39,888 nucleotides of DNA from an uncultured Collinsella sp. (GTDB lineage Bacteria; Actinomycetota; Coriobacteriia; Coriobacteriales; Coriobacteriaceae), in NCBI GenBank assembly GCA_900552735.1, contig USBA01000001.1, forward strand, positions 1 to 39,888, given 5' to 3'. The notes beneath the pieces were generated by a model that searched no databases, was not told where the DNA came from, and saw only the letters and a program-made list of their open reading frames with translations. This document shows, one piece after another, positions 17,737 to 26,112 of this stretch; position 1 is the stretch's first letter, and every line of letters starts with the position of its first letter. The position numbers and the translations under genes were made by a program.

Positions 17737-18555
17737 CTAGAGCTCTAGCGTGAGGGTGACGGGACAGTGGTCGCTGCCAAAGATATCGCCACGGATGCCG
17801 GCGTCGCGCACATTGCCGGCGATTGCGTCGCTTACCAAGAAATAATCGATGCGCCAGCCGGCGTTGTTCTTGCGAGCATTAAAGCGGTAGCTCCACCAGC
17901 TGTAGACGCCCTCGACGTCGGGGTTTGCCGCGCGCCAGGTATCGGTAAACCCGGCGTTGAGCAGCTCGGTAAACTTGCCGCGCTCCTCGTCCGAAAAGCC
18001 GGCGTTGCCGCGGTTGGACTTGGGGTTCTTAAGGTCGATCTCCTCGTGCGCCACGTTAAAGTCGCCGCAGGTTACAACGGGCTTGCCGGTCTCGCGCTCA
18101 AGCGCGTTCAAAAAGCAGCGATAGGCATCGTCCCAGGCCATGCGCACGTCGATGCGGGCGAGTTCGTTTTGCGCGTTGGGTGTATAGACATCCACAAACC
18201 AAAACTTGTCGAACTCGAGCGCGCAGACGCGGCCCTCGGTTGCGGCTTGGACGACGAGCACGGCCGCCTCGCCCTCGCCGGCATAAGGCAGCAGCGCGTC
18301 GGCGTGCAACACGCGCAGCGGTTCCTGGCGGCTAAAGACCGCAGTGCCCGAATAGCCTTTACGCTCGGCGTAGCTCCAGGTTTGATGATAGCCGGGCAGG
18401 TCAATATCGACCTGGCCCTCCTGCAGCTTGGTCTCCTGCAGCGCCAGGATATCGACGTCGAGTTCTTGCGCGATCTGGATAAAGCTCGGGTCCTTTTTGA
18501 GCACGGCGCGCAGGCCGTTGACGTTCCACGAGGCGAAAGTGTAAGTCTGAGGCAT
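17737..18555 (-). CDS. xth: Exodeoxyribonuclease III / AP endonuclease (ExoA type)
   Basis: SWNVNGLRA, LQETK, GYSGTA, VYTPN, CGDFNVAH, WWSYR, GWRIDY, SDHCP motifs. Confidence 0.96.
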   Translation of the reverse strand: MPQTYTFASWNVNGLRAVLKKDPSFIQIAQELDVDILALQETKLQEGQVDIDLPGYHQTWSYAERKGYSGTAVFSRQEPLRVLHADALLPYAGEGEAAVLVVQAATEGRVCALEFDKFWFVDVYTPNAQNELARIDVRMAWDDAYRCFLNALERETGKPVVTCGDFNVAHEEIDLKNPKSNRGNAGFSDEERGKFTELLNAGFTDTWRAANPDVEGVYSWWSYRFNARKNNAGWRIDYFLVSDAIAGNVRDAGIRGDIFGSDHCPVTLTLEL

Positions 18556-18691
18556 GGTGTCCTTTCGACGGGGTTGGCAGGCTTAAGATTAGCGCAACAG
18601 GGGTGGTGGTGGGCCCCTCGCGTGTCGACCCAAAGGCTGCGCGCCAGGCAAGCGCCCGCCGCCATCCGACCAACGAGGACGGAGAACTCAT

Positions 18692-19444
18692 ATGACGCAG
18701 GCAATATCGGACCCAAAGCAGGCCTCCGCCGCGCTGGCGGAGTTGTTCGGCACCCACAAGCGCGTGGTCTTCTTTGGCGGCGCGGGCGTTTCCACGGCGA
18801 GTGGCATCCCCGATTTCCGCAGCGTGGACGGCCTATATCACCAGCAGTTTGCCTACCCGCCCGAGACCATGCTCTCGCATAGCTTTTACGAGGCGCATCC
18901 GGCCGAGTTCTTCGACTTCTACCGCACCAAGATGATCGCGCTTGGCGCCAAGCCCAACCGCTGCCACACCAAGCTGGCCGAGCTGGAACGCGCCGGCAAG
19001 CTTGATGCCGTGGTGACGCAAAATATCGACGGCCTGCATCAGATGGCCGGCTCGCAGCGCGTGTTCGAGCTGCACGGATCGGTCCATCGCAACATTTGCC
19101 AGTCGTGCGGCGCGGTCTATAGCGCCGAGTGGATTTGCTCGCGCGAGCACGAGGATGCCGCGGGTGTGCCCGTGTGCCCCGCGTGCGGCGGGCGGATTAA
19201 GCCCGATGTGGTGCTCTACGAGGAGCCGCTCGACGAGCATGTGCTGACCGGCGCCATTGCCGCCATCGCTGCGGCCGATGCCCTCATCGTGGGCGGGACC
19301 TCGCTCGTGGTGTATCCGGCGGCGGGCCTTACGCGCTACTTTACCGGCGATACGCTGGCCATTTGCAATCTTGCTCCCACCGATCAGGATGCAAATGCCG
19401 ACCTGCTGATTTCTTGCGACATCGCGGCCGCGTTTGCGTTCTAG
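18692..19444 (+). CDS. cobB: NAD-dependent protein deacylase (Sir2/CobB family)
   Basis: GAGVSTASGIPDFRS, TQNIDGLH, ELHGS, two CxxC zinc pairs, KPDVVLYEE, GTSLVVYPAA motifs. Confidence 0.93.
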   Translation: MTQAISDPKQASAALAELFGTHKRVVFFGGAGVSTASGIPDFRSVDGLYHQQFAYPPETMLSHSFYEAHPAEFFDFYRTKMIALGAKPNRCHTKLAELERAGKLDAVVTQNIDGLHQMAGSQRVFELHGSVHRNICQSCGAVYSAEWICSREHEDAAGVPVCPACGGRIKPDVVLYEEPLDEHVLTGAIAAIAAADALIVGGTSLVVYPAAGLTRYFTGDTLAICNLAPTDQDANADLLISCDIAAAFAF

Positions 19445-19538
19445 CCCGTGTGCGCGGATACAATAGAAAGACTGATTGCAAAGCGACCCCGCCGCCAGCG
19501 CCCAGGCGCGGCGGCGCGGGCATTTTAGGAGGATGTTC

Positions 19539-21266
19539 ATGGCGAACGATAGCAAGACATGGCGGTGCGGAAAGTACGAGCTCAGCTTTGACCGTCCGCG
19601 CATCATGGGCGTCCTCAACGTGACGCCCGATTCGTTTAGTGACGGCGGGGAGCACTTCGACCCGGATGCCGCTATTGAGTACGGCCTGGCGATGCTCGAC
19701 GCCGGCGCCGACATCATCGACGTGGGCGGCGAGTCCACGCGCCCCGGTTTTACCCCGGTCAACCCCGACGAGGAGGCTCGCCGCGTGCTGCCTGTGGTGC
19801 GTGCGCTGGCCAAAGAGGGCGCCATTGTCTCGATCGACACGCGCCACGTGGCGGTCGCCAAGGCGGCCGTGCGCTGCGGCGCCTCGATCGTCAACGACGT
19901 GACGGGCTTCACCGACCCCAAGATGGTCGAGTTTGTCGCGGCGAGCACCTGCGGCGTCATCGTGATGCATGCCGGTGAGGTCGCGGCGCCTACGCGCACG
20001 CATGCAACGGTGCAGCTCGATACCTCTGCTGCGGCGTTTGTTGCCGAGAAGGCGCGCGAGGCGGCCGCCGAGGCTGCGCGCGAGGCCGAGAAACCGGCGC
20101 GCCGTCGTCGCAGCAAGCTGCTAGGCGAGCCCAAGACGGAGGCCAAGCTGCCGGGTGGCGTGGTGCAGCCCTCGCTGCCGTTCGGCGATCCGGAGCCTGC
20201 GCCCGAGCCCACGGACAAGCAGAAGCAGGAGACACCGGCCGCCGAAGAGGCCGCCCCTGTCGCCGAGACCGCCGCGACCCCTGAACCCGCGCCGGAGCCG
20301 AATGACCACCTGGCAGCCATGATGCGCCGCAGCGCCCGCCGCGAGGAGGCCTACGTGCCCACCTCTCAGCTCCGCCGCTTTACCCTGCCCGATTCGGCGC
20401 CCATCATGCGCCGCGTCATGGGCTTTCTGTCCGACCAGGCCCGCACGCTTATCCATGCCGGCGTGTCGCGCGACCGCATCTGTATCGATCCCGGCCCGGG
20501 CTTTGGCAAGACGGCCAACGAGGACATCGTCATCCAGCGCGAGACCGCCAAGATGGCGTCGCTGGGCTATCCGCTCATGTGCGCCGTGTCGCGCAAACGT
20601 TTTGTGGGCGCCGTCTCGGGCGTGACCGAGGCCGCCGCGCGCGATGCCGCCACGTTTGGCGTGTGCCTGGGCGCTATCCAGGCTGGTGCCAACATCGTGC
20701 GCGTGCACGACGTCACCGGCTTTGCGCAGTTCCTGAACGGTTACTGGGCTGTCGCCAAGCCGCAGCCGCGCCGTGCGTTTGTGGCCGTGGGCTCCAACCT
20801 GGGGCATCGTTGCGACAACATCCGCGCCGCACGCGACATGATCGCCGAGATTCCACTCACCTGCGTGTCCAACTCCTCCAAGATCTACGAGAGCGAGCCG
20901 GCCTACGAGACGCGCCAGGACGCGTTTGCCAACGCCGTCATCGAGATCAAGACCGAGCTGGCGCCGTTGGTGCTGCTCGACGAGCTCATGAAGATCGAGG
21001 CCGAGCTGGGCCGCGACCGTTCCAAAAAGGCCAAGGCCAACGGCCCGCGCACCATCGACTTGGACCTGCTGTGGATGGACGGCGAGACCCACGGCGGCAA
21101 AAAGCTGCGCCTGCCGCATCCGCTGATCGGCGAGCGCGACTTTGTGCTGGTGCCGCTCGAGGATCTGATGCACGATCCGGCGCGGTTCTTCCGCTACAAC
21201 GGCGTCGAGGTCAAGGAGCCCGAGGACCGCGTGGGCCACATCGTGGGCGAATTGGGGCGTATGTAG
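19539..21266 (+). CDS. folP-folK: Fused dihydropteroate synthase (N-terminal) and 6-hydroxymethyl-7,8-dihydropterin pyrophosphokinase (C-terminal)
   Basis: AGGAGG ribosome-binding site 6 nt before ATG 19539; DHPS motifs NVTPDSFSDG, GESTRPG, DPGPGFGK, SRKRF, RVHDV; HPPK motifs GSNLG, GPRTIDLDLL, LPHP, RDFVLVPL. Confidence 0.92.
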   Translation: MANDSKTWRCGKYELSFDRPRIMGVLNVTPDSFSDGGEHFDPDAAIEYGLAMLDAGADIIDVGGESTRPGFTPVNPDEEARRVLPVVRALAKEGAIVSIDTRHVAVAKAAVRCGASIVNDVTGFTDPKMVEFVAASTCGVIVMHAGEVAAPTRTHATVQLDTSAAAFVAEKAREAAAEAAREAEKPARRRRSKLLGEPKTEAKLPGGVVQPSLPFGDPEPAPEPTDKQKQETPAAEEAAPVAETAATPEPAPEPNDHLAAMMRRSARREEAYVPTSQLRRFTLPDSAPIMRRVMGFLSDQARTLIHAGVSRDRICIDPGPGFGKTANEDIVIQRETAKMASLGYPLMCAVSRKRFVGAVSGVTEAAARDAATFGVCLGAIQAGANIVRVHDVTGFAQFLNGYWAVAKPQPRRAFVAVGSNLGHRCDNIRAARDMIAEIPLTCVSNSSKIYESEPAYETRQDAFANAVIEIKTELAPLVLLDELMKIEAELGRDRSKKAKANGPRTIDLDLLWMDGETHGGKKLRLPHPLIGERDFVLVPLEDLMHDPARFFRYNGVEVKEPEDRVGHIVGELGRM

Positions 21267-21968
21267 ATGATTGAGATGAATGCTGTAGCCGTCGGTACCG
21301 AGCTTGACGCCGCGCGCGACGCGGGCCGCGAGGGCGCGTCTGCGGGCTGGTGCGTTTGGAGCGCGGGCGAGGCGTCGTTGACGTTTTCGCTGGTCGTGCG
21401 CCCGGACGTGAACATGCACGCCTTCCACGGCCTGCCGTTTGTGGCGGCGATGGGCATGATGGACGCGCTCGTGGGCACGACGTCGACGCCGGGCCTGGGC
21501 CTTGCCGGCAAGGTGGGCATTGAGTGGCCGAGCAATATCGTGTGCGGCGCGCCCGCGTTCGAGACGTCGTTCGCGCGCGTCGCCGTCAACGGCGGCGCCG
21601 GTGCCGCAGGCATGTTCGGTGCCGTGACGGTGGATATTGAGCGTTCGGCGCTGAGCGAGCTCGGTGTAGATGTGGCCGACGAAGCGCTGGTCGAGGCGCT
21701 GGCCGCCACCGTACTGACCCGCGTGGACGCCTGGGCGGTTGTTGCCAACACGCCGCAGGGCGCCGCAGGGCCGCTGGCCCCCGTGCTGGGCGAGTACTTC
21801 GACATGGTGCCGCTGCTGGGCCGCCAAGTTGCGGCGGTGTCGCCCAACGGCTTGCCGCTTGCGGTCGGTGTGTTTGCGGGCCTGGACATCTGGGGCCGCG
21901 CGACCATCAAGACCGATGCCGGCGAGCAGGAGTTTCCGCCCGAGGCCGTACGGATTCGCGGACTGTAG
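21267..21968 (+). CDS. Degenerate biotin-protein-ligase-like (BPL/BirA fold) protein
   Basis: LTFSLVVRP, IEWPSN (cf. KWPND), C-terminal LLGRQV...GVFAGLDIWGRATIK resembling BPL_C; no GRGRxG motif. Confidence 0.6.
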   Translation: MIEMNAVAVGTELDAARDAGREGASAGWCVWSAGEASLTFSLVVRPDVNMHAFHGLPFVAAMGMMDALVGTTSTPGLGLAGKVGIEWPSNIVCGAPAFETSFARVAVNGGAGAAGMFGAVTVDIERSALSELGVDVADEALVEALAATVLTRVDAWAVVANTPQGAAGPLAPVLGEYFDMVPLLGRQVAAVSPNGLPLAVGVFAGLDIWGRATIKTDAGEQEFPPEAVRIRGL

Positions 21969-22004
21969 CGCGGGGCACCCGCGTTCAAAGATAACGATGA
22001 CAAC

Positions 22005-22040
22005 AGAAGCCCTTCTCGGCTTGCACCGGGGAGGGCTTTT
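22005..22040. terminator. Intrinsic terminator between convergent genes
   Basis: AGAAGCCCTTCTCGG...CCGGGAGGGCTTTT hairpin. Confidence 0.6.
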
Positions 22041-22073
22041 GCGTGACCTGGTGCACGCGACCCGGCATTCGCC

Positions 22074-22847
22074 CTATCCCAGCTCCTGCATGCGGCGGTA
22101 GATTTCACAGATGCCCTTGATGGTGAGTTGTCCGTCGACCGCGTCGAAGGCATCGGTCGAATCGGCGACGATGCCGGCGAGACCGCCCGTGGCGATAACG
22201 GTGGCATCCTCGCGGCCCAGCTCGCGCTTCATGCGCGCGACCAGGCCCTCGGCCATGGCGGCGGCGCCCATCACGGCGCCGACCTTGATGCACTCCTCGG
22301 TATCGCGGCCGATGGCGTGCTCGGGCGCCTCGAGCGGAACGCTGGCGAGCTTGGCGGCTCGGGCGGCAAGCGCGTCCATGGAGATGCGGATACCCGGCGC
22401 GATCGCTCCGCCAATGTAATAGCCGTCCTCGTCGATGACGTCGATATTGGTCGCGGTGCCAAAGTCCACCACGATTGCCGGCGCGCCGTAGAAAGTTTCG
22501 GCCGCAACGGCGTTGGCGACGCGATCGGCACCTACGGCCTGGGGGCGCGCCGCGCGCAGTTTGGTCACCGCGGCCGTCTGCGGCCCAATGACGATGGCGT
22601 CTGCGGCAATGCGGTCGGCCACGGCGTGCCATTCGCGCGAGAGCTGCGGCACCACGCCGGCAAAGGCGATCGCGTCGACCGTGCTGAGCGAGAGGTCGTA
22701 CATCTTAAAGAAGCCCATCAGGCGCACGTGGATCTCGTCGGCGGTAAAAGAGCGGTCGGTGGGCATGCGCCACGACTGCACCAGCTCGTCTCCGTCAAAC
22801 AGGCCCATGGCCGTCTGCGTGTTTCCCATATCGATAGCGAGCAGCAT
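22074..22847 (-). CDS. coaX: Type III pantothenate kinase
   Basis: Start MLLAIDMGNT with GGAG ribosome-binding site; GADR, VDFGTAT, GGAIAPG, ATGG motifs. Confidence 0.95.
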   Translation of the reverse strand: MLLAIDMGNTQTAMGLFDGDELVQSWRMPTDRSFTADEIHVRLMGFFKMYDLSLSTVDAIAFAGVVPQLSREWHAVADRIAADAIVIGPQTAAVTKLRAARPQAVGADRVANAVAAETFYGAPAIVVDFGTATNIDVIDEDGYYIGGAIAPGIRISMDALAARAAKLASVPLEAPEHAIGRDTEECIKVGAVMGAAAMAEGLVARMKRELGREDATVIATGGLAGIVADSTDAFDAVDGQLTIKGICEIYRRMQELG

Positions 22848-22983
22848 GTCTACTCCCGGTGTTGGCATAAAAGGACGCGCACCATTGTATACGCGCCGTC
22901 GACGGAGCTCGGCTGCGATTCGTTTGCGGCGATAGGGGCTGAGGGGTTTAAATATGAAGGAATTATGCTCTACGAGATTTTTC

Positions 22984-23012
22984 TTGCCGTTTGCCGAACT
23001 CCCGCGTAATAT
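22984..23012 (+). promoter_or_regulatory. Putative sigma-70/sigmaA promoter of the tRNA
   Basis: TTGCCG-N17-TAATAT with T-rich upstream sequence, about 30 nt before the tRNA. Confidence 0.6.
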
Positions 23013-23043
23013 TCTTTCTTGCGCACATGAGGCGCCCAGACAT

Positions 23044-23120
23044 TGCGGGGTGGAGCAGTCTGGTAGCTCGCCGGGCTCATAACCCGGAGGTCGTAGGTTC
23101 AAATCCTGCCCCCGCGACCA
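23044..23120 (+). tRNA. tRNA-Met(CAU), initiator type
   Basis: 77 nt, CTCATAA anticodon loop, GGG/CCC pairs in the anticodon stem, GGTTCAAATCC T-arm, encoded CCA. Confidence 0.97.
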
Positions 23121-23129
23121 AGAACTTGC

Positions 23130-23159
23130 AGCTCGTCGGTCAAGCCGGCGAGCTTTTTT
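23130..23159 (+). terminator. Intrinsic terminator of the tRNA
   Basis: AGCTCGTCGG-TCAAG-CCGGCGAGCT followed by a T run. Confidence 0.85.
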
Positions 23160-23207
23160 GTTATTCCGGGACCGTGTTTTCGGTCCAATTTTCGGCCTCT
23201 CAACAGA

Positions 23208-23586
23208 ATCTCGATTTGTAACATCTAGACCCGATTTGGGCGGCTAGGTGTTACAGATCGAGATATGCCGGCGGTTTGGGCCGCGTTTGTCTAAATCTGT
23301 AACACGAGGGACGGATTTTGCCGGGCAGCTGTTACAGATTGAGATTTTCAAGCAGGCGGGTTTGATTTGTCTCGATCTGTAACACGAGGGACGGTTTTTG
23401 CCGAGTAACTGTTACAGATTGAGATCTTTCGGCAGGCTAGATTGGTTTGTCTCGATCTGTAACAGGTGGGGGTCAAAAGTGGGCCTAGCTGTTACAGATC
23501 TAGATTGTTGAGGATGGGTTGAGAGGAACGTCTTGATCTGTAACAGCAAGACCCGGTTTTGCCGAGTAACTGTTACAGATTGAGAC
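23208..23586. repeat. Alternating inverted-repeat array, 5 units
   Basis: Half-sites at 23208-23223, 23249-23264, 23289-23304, 23330-23345, 23369-23384, 23410-23425, 23449-23464, 23490-23505, 23530-23545 and 23571-23586; period 80-81 bp. Confidence 0.95.
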
Positions 23587-23727
23587 AAACCGACGGGCCG
23601 CCCCGTCCCATCCACCTGCCGTCACCTGATATTCGCCGATTTTCGTTGTGCCGCCGTGCTCTCATGCCATATCCTCTAGACAACTACGCGGCACCATCGC
23701 CGCCGCGCCTACAAGAGAGGAATGTCC

Positions 23728-25758
23728 ATGACCGCACCTGCATCCAAACTGCTCCAGCCCATTACGGTTGGCCCCCTTGAGCTCAAGAACCGCATTATGT
23801 TCCCGCCGCTGACCACCGGCTACGAGGAGCGCGACGGCTCCATTGGCGAGCGCAGCCTGGCTTTTTACGAGCGCCTGGCCCGTGGCGGCGTGAGCTACAT
23901 CGTCATCGGCGACGTCGCTCCCGTTATGACCGCGAGCCCCACGCCCAAGCTGGCGACCGACGCCCAGATCCCCACGTTTAAGGCCCTGGCCGACACCGTT
24001 CACAAGCACGGCGCCAAGGTCGCGCTGCAGCTGTTCCACCCCGAGTACGACGTGCCCGGCGTCGGCCGCATGGTCATGGGATCCATGGTCGCTGCCAAGG
24101 CCGCGCAGGAGGCCAAGGCCGCCGGCGATGAGGAGGCCTTTGCCGCCAAGATGGCCGAGTCCAACGAGATTCGCAAGCAGGCTTACGCCAAGCTGCACCA
24201 CGACATGCAGCACTTTGTGAACGAGGCCAGCGTGGAGCAACTCACCCAGATCAAGGAGGCCATCGCTGCCTCGGCCGCTCGTGCGCAGCAGGCCGGGATC
24301 GATGCCATCGAGGTCCACGGCGACCGCCTGGTGGGTTCGCTGTGCTCGGCCATCCTCAACAAGCGCACCGACGAGTATGGTGGCTCGTTCGAGAACCGCG
24401 TTCGCTACGCGCTGGAGGTCGTCGCTGCCATTAAGGAAGCCGCGCCGCAGCTGATGGTGGAGTACAAGCTCCCCGTGATCATGGAGAACCCCGACGGTAC
24501 GCCGCGCGGCAAGGGCGGCCTGCAGCCCGACGAGGCCTGCGAGTTCGCCAAGCTGCTCGAGGGCGCGGGCATCGATATGATCCAGGTCGCGCAGGCAAAC
24601 CACACCGGCAACATGGGCGACACCATTCCGCCCATGGGTGCCATGCCCTACAACTGGACGCTGCCGGTGGCCGAGCGCGTCAAGGCCCTGGTCTCCGTGC
24701 CGGTGGCAACCGTGGGCCGTGTTGTCTCGGTCAAGGCCGGCGAGAAGATCCTGGAGGATGGCTCGGCAGACATCGTCGCCTATGGCCGTTCGCTCATGTG
24801 CGACCCCGACATTGCGCTGAAGGCCGCGACCGGCGAGCCCATCCGCGAGTGCCTCAACTGCAACAAGGGCTGCGTCGACGCGATTCAAAACCGCAAGTAC
24901 ATCTCGTGCGTGCTCAATGCCGAGAACGGCGACGAGGCGACCATCGCCATTAAGCCGGGCGAGGGCGACAAGAAGATCGCCGTGGTGGGCGGCGGCATCG
25001 CCGGCCTGGAGGCCGCGCGCGTGGCGGCCAAGCGCGGCTACGACGTGACCGTCTACGAGGCGAGCGATCATCTGGGCGGCCAGATTGTGCTGGCGGCCGC
25101 GCCTCCGCGCAAGGACGAGATCATGCGCTCGGTCGAGTATTACGAGAAGATTCTGCCCGGCCTGGGCGTGAAGGTCGAGCTCAACCATGCCGCTAGCCCC
25201 GCGGACCTCAACGCCGCCGACGCCGCGATTGTGGCTGTGGGCGCGCACGACGTGGTCATCCCCGTTCCGGGTGCCGATTCGGACAAGGTCGTCTCGAGCT
25301 GGGACGTGCTGGCCGGCAAGGTGGAGCTTGCGGGCCGCGTCGCCGTCATTGGCGGTGGCCTGGTGGGCACCGAGACTGCCGAGTACCTGCTGCAGCACGG
25401 CTGCGAGGTAGCGATCGTGGAGATGCTCGACAAGATTGCCGCGGGCGAGTCCGAGACCATTCTGCCGCTGATCATGAGCGACTTTGCCGAGCACAACGTG
25501 GAGCAGCACGTGAAGACCCGCCTGACCGCCATTACCGACGAGGGCGTGGAGGCTGTTCGCACCACCGAGGACGGCACCGAGGAGCCGGTGAAGATCGCCT
25601 GCGATTACGTGGTGATGGCCGTGGGTTCCAAGGCCAACGCGTTTGATCTGGACGGCGTGACGGTGCCCGTGACCTGCGTGGGCGACTGCTCGGGCGAGCG
25701 TACCGCCGACATCGCGAGCGCCATTCGCACGGCGTATCACGCGGCCAACGAGCTGTAG
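23728..25758 (+). CDS. bilR: Old-yellow-enzyme family flavin/Fe-S oxidoreductase, probable bilirubin reductase (long form)
   Basis: OYE TIM barrel with EVHGDRL in place of the usual HxxHGY; NKRTDEYGGSFENR; CLNCNKGC...C Fe-S motif; two Rossmann motifs (GGGIAG, GGGLVG); GAGAGGA ribosome-binding site. Confidence 0.82.
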   Translation: MTAPASKLLQPITVGPLELKNRIMFPPLTTGYEERDGSIGERSLAFYERLARGGVSYIVIGDVAPVMTASPTPKLATDAQIPTFKALADTVHKHGAKVALQLFHPEYDVPGVGRMVMGSMVAAKAAQEAKAAGDEEAFAAKMAESNEIRKQAYAKLHHDMQHFVNEASVEQLTQIKEAIAASAARAQQAGIDAIEVHGDRLVGSLCSAILNKRTDEYGGSFENRVRYALEVVAAIKEAAPQLMVEYKLPVIMENPDGTPRGKGGLQPDEACEFAKLLEGAGIDMIQVAQANHTGNMGDTIPPMGAMPYNWTLPVAERVKALVSVPVATVGRVVSVKAGEKILEDGSADIVAYGRSLMCDPDIALKAATGEPIRECLNCNKGCVDAIQNRKYISCVLNAENGDEATIAIKPGEGDKKIAVVGGGIAGLEAARVAAKRGYDVTVYEASDHLGGQIVLAAAPPRKDEIMRSVEYYEKILPGLGVKVELNHAASPADLNAADAAIVAVGAHDVVIPVPGADSDKVVSSWDVLAGKVELAGRVAVIGGGLVGTETAEYLLQHGCEVAIVEMLDKIAAGESETILPLIMSDFAEHNVEQHVKTRLTAITDEGVEAVRTTEDGTEEPVKIACDYVVMAVGSKANAFDLDGVTVPVTCVGDCSGERTADIASAIRTAYHAANEL

Positions 25759-25835
25759 TTAACTTCGCGGCCAGGCGGGGCGGTAGCACGGATCCGCCTC
25801 GCCCGACTGCGTCCCAGCATACACAGACCATCGAT

Positions 25836-25878
25836 CGGGGTGGGGCTCGCAAGAACGGCAGGCCCCACCCCGGTTTTT
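25836..25878 (+). terminator. Intrinsic terminator after bilR
   Basis: CGGGGTGGGGC...GCCCCACCCCG followed by GTTTTT. Confidence 0.65.
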
Positions 25879-26112
25879 GTGCGAGGGGGCAGGCGAGCTT
25901 GCACCGTGTCTTTGGCATATGGGCGAGGCTGCTATTCGTAATCTTTAAGACATCATTAAGGTTTGCGTTGTGGAGCAAACCGCAGGTCAATGCTATTCTT
26001 TTACCTTATCGTATGGTGTTGTATTCTGCCTGAATTCTCTACCTGCGAACAACGGATAAACGCGACCAAGCGGAAAAGGATGGCACGCCCGCAAGCAGGG
26101 CAAACGTAAGCG

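Noticed and set aside
22848..23102. N-terminal extension of coaX in the ORF track
   Set aside because: It runs antisense through the tRNA; the family N-terminus and ribosome-binding site place the start at 22847.
23208..23586. CRISPR array call
   Set aside because: Repeats alternate in orientation and are only 16 bp, spacers are related to each other, and no cas gene or leader is visible.
26080..26112. Short in-frame upstream ORF (MARPQAGQT*) or c-di-GMP riboswitch before the fibre operon
   Set aside because: Ribosome-binding-site spacing is poor, and the GGCAAAC match lacks the rest of the c-di-GMP-I consensus.
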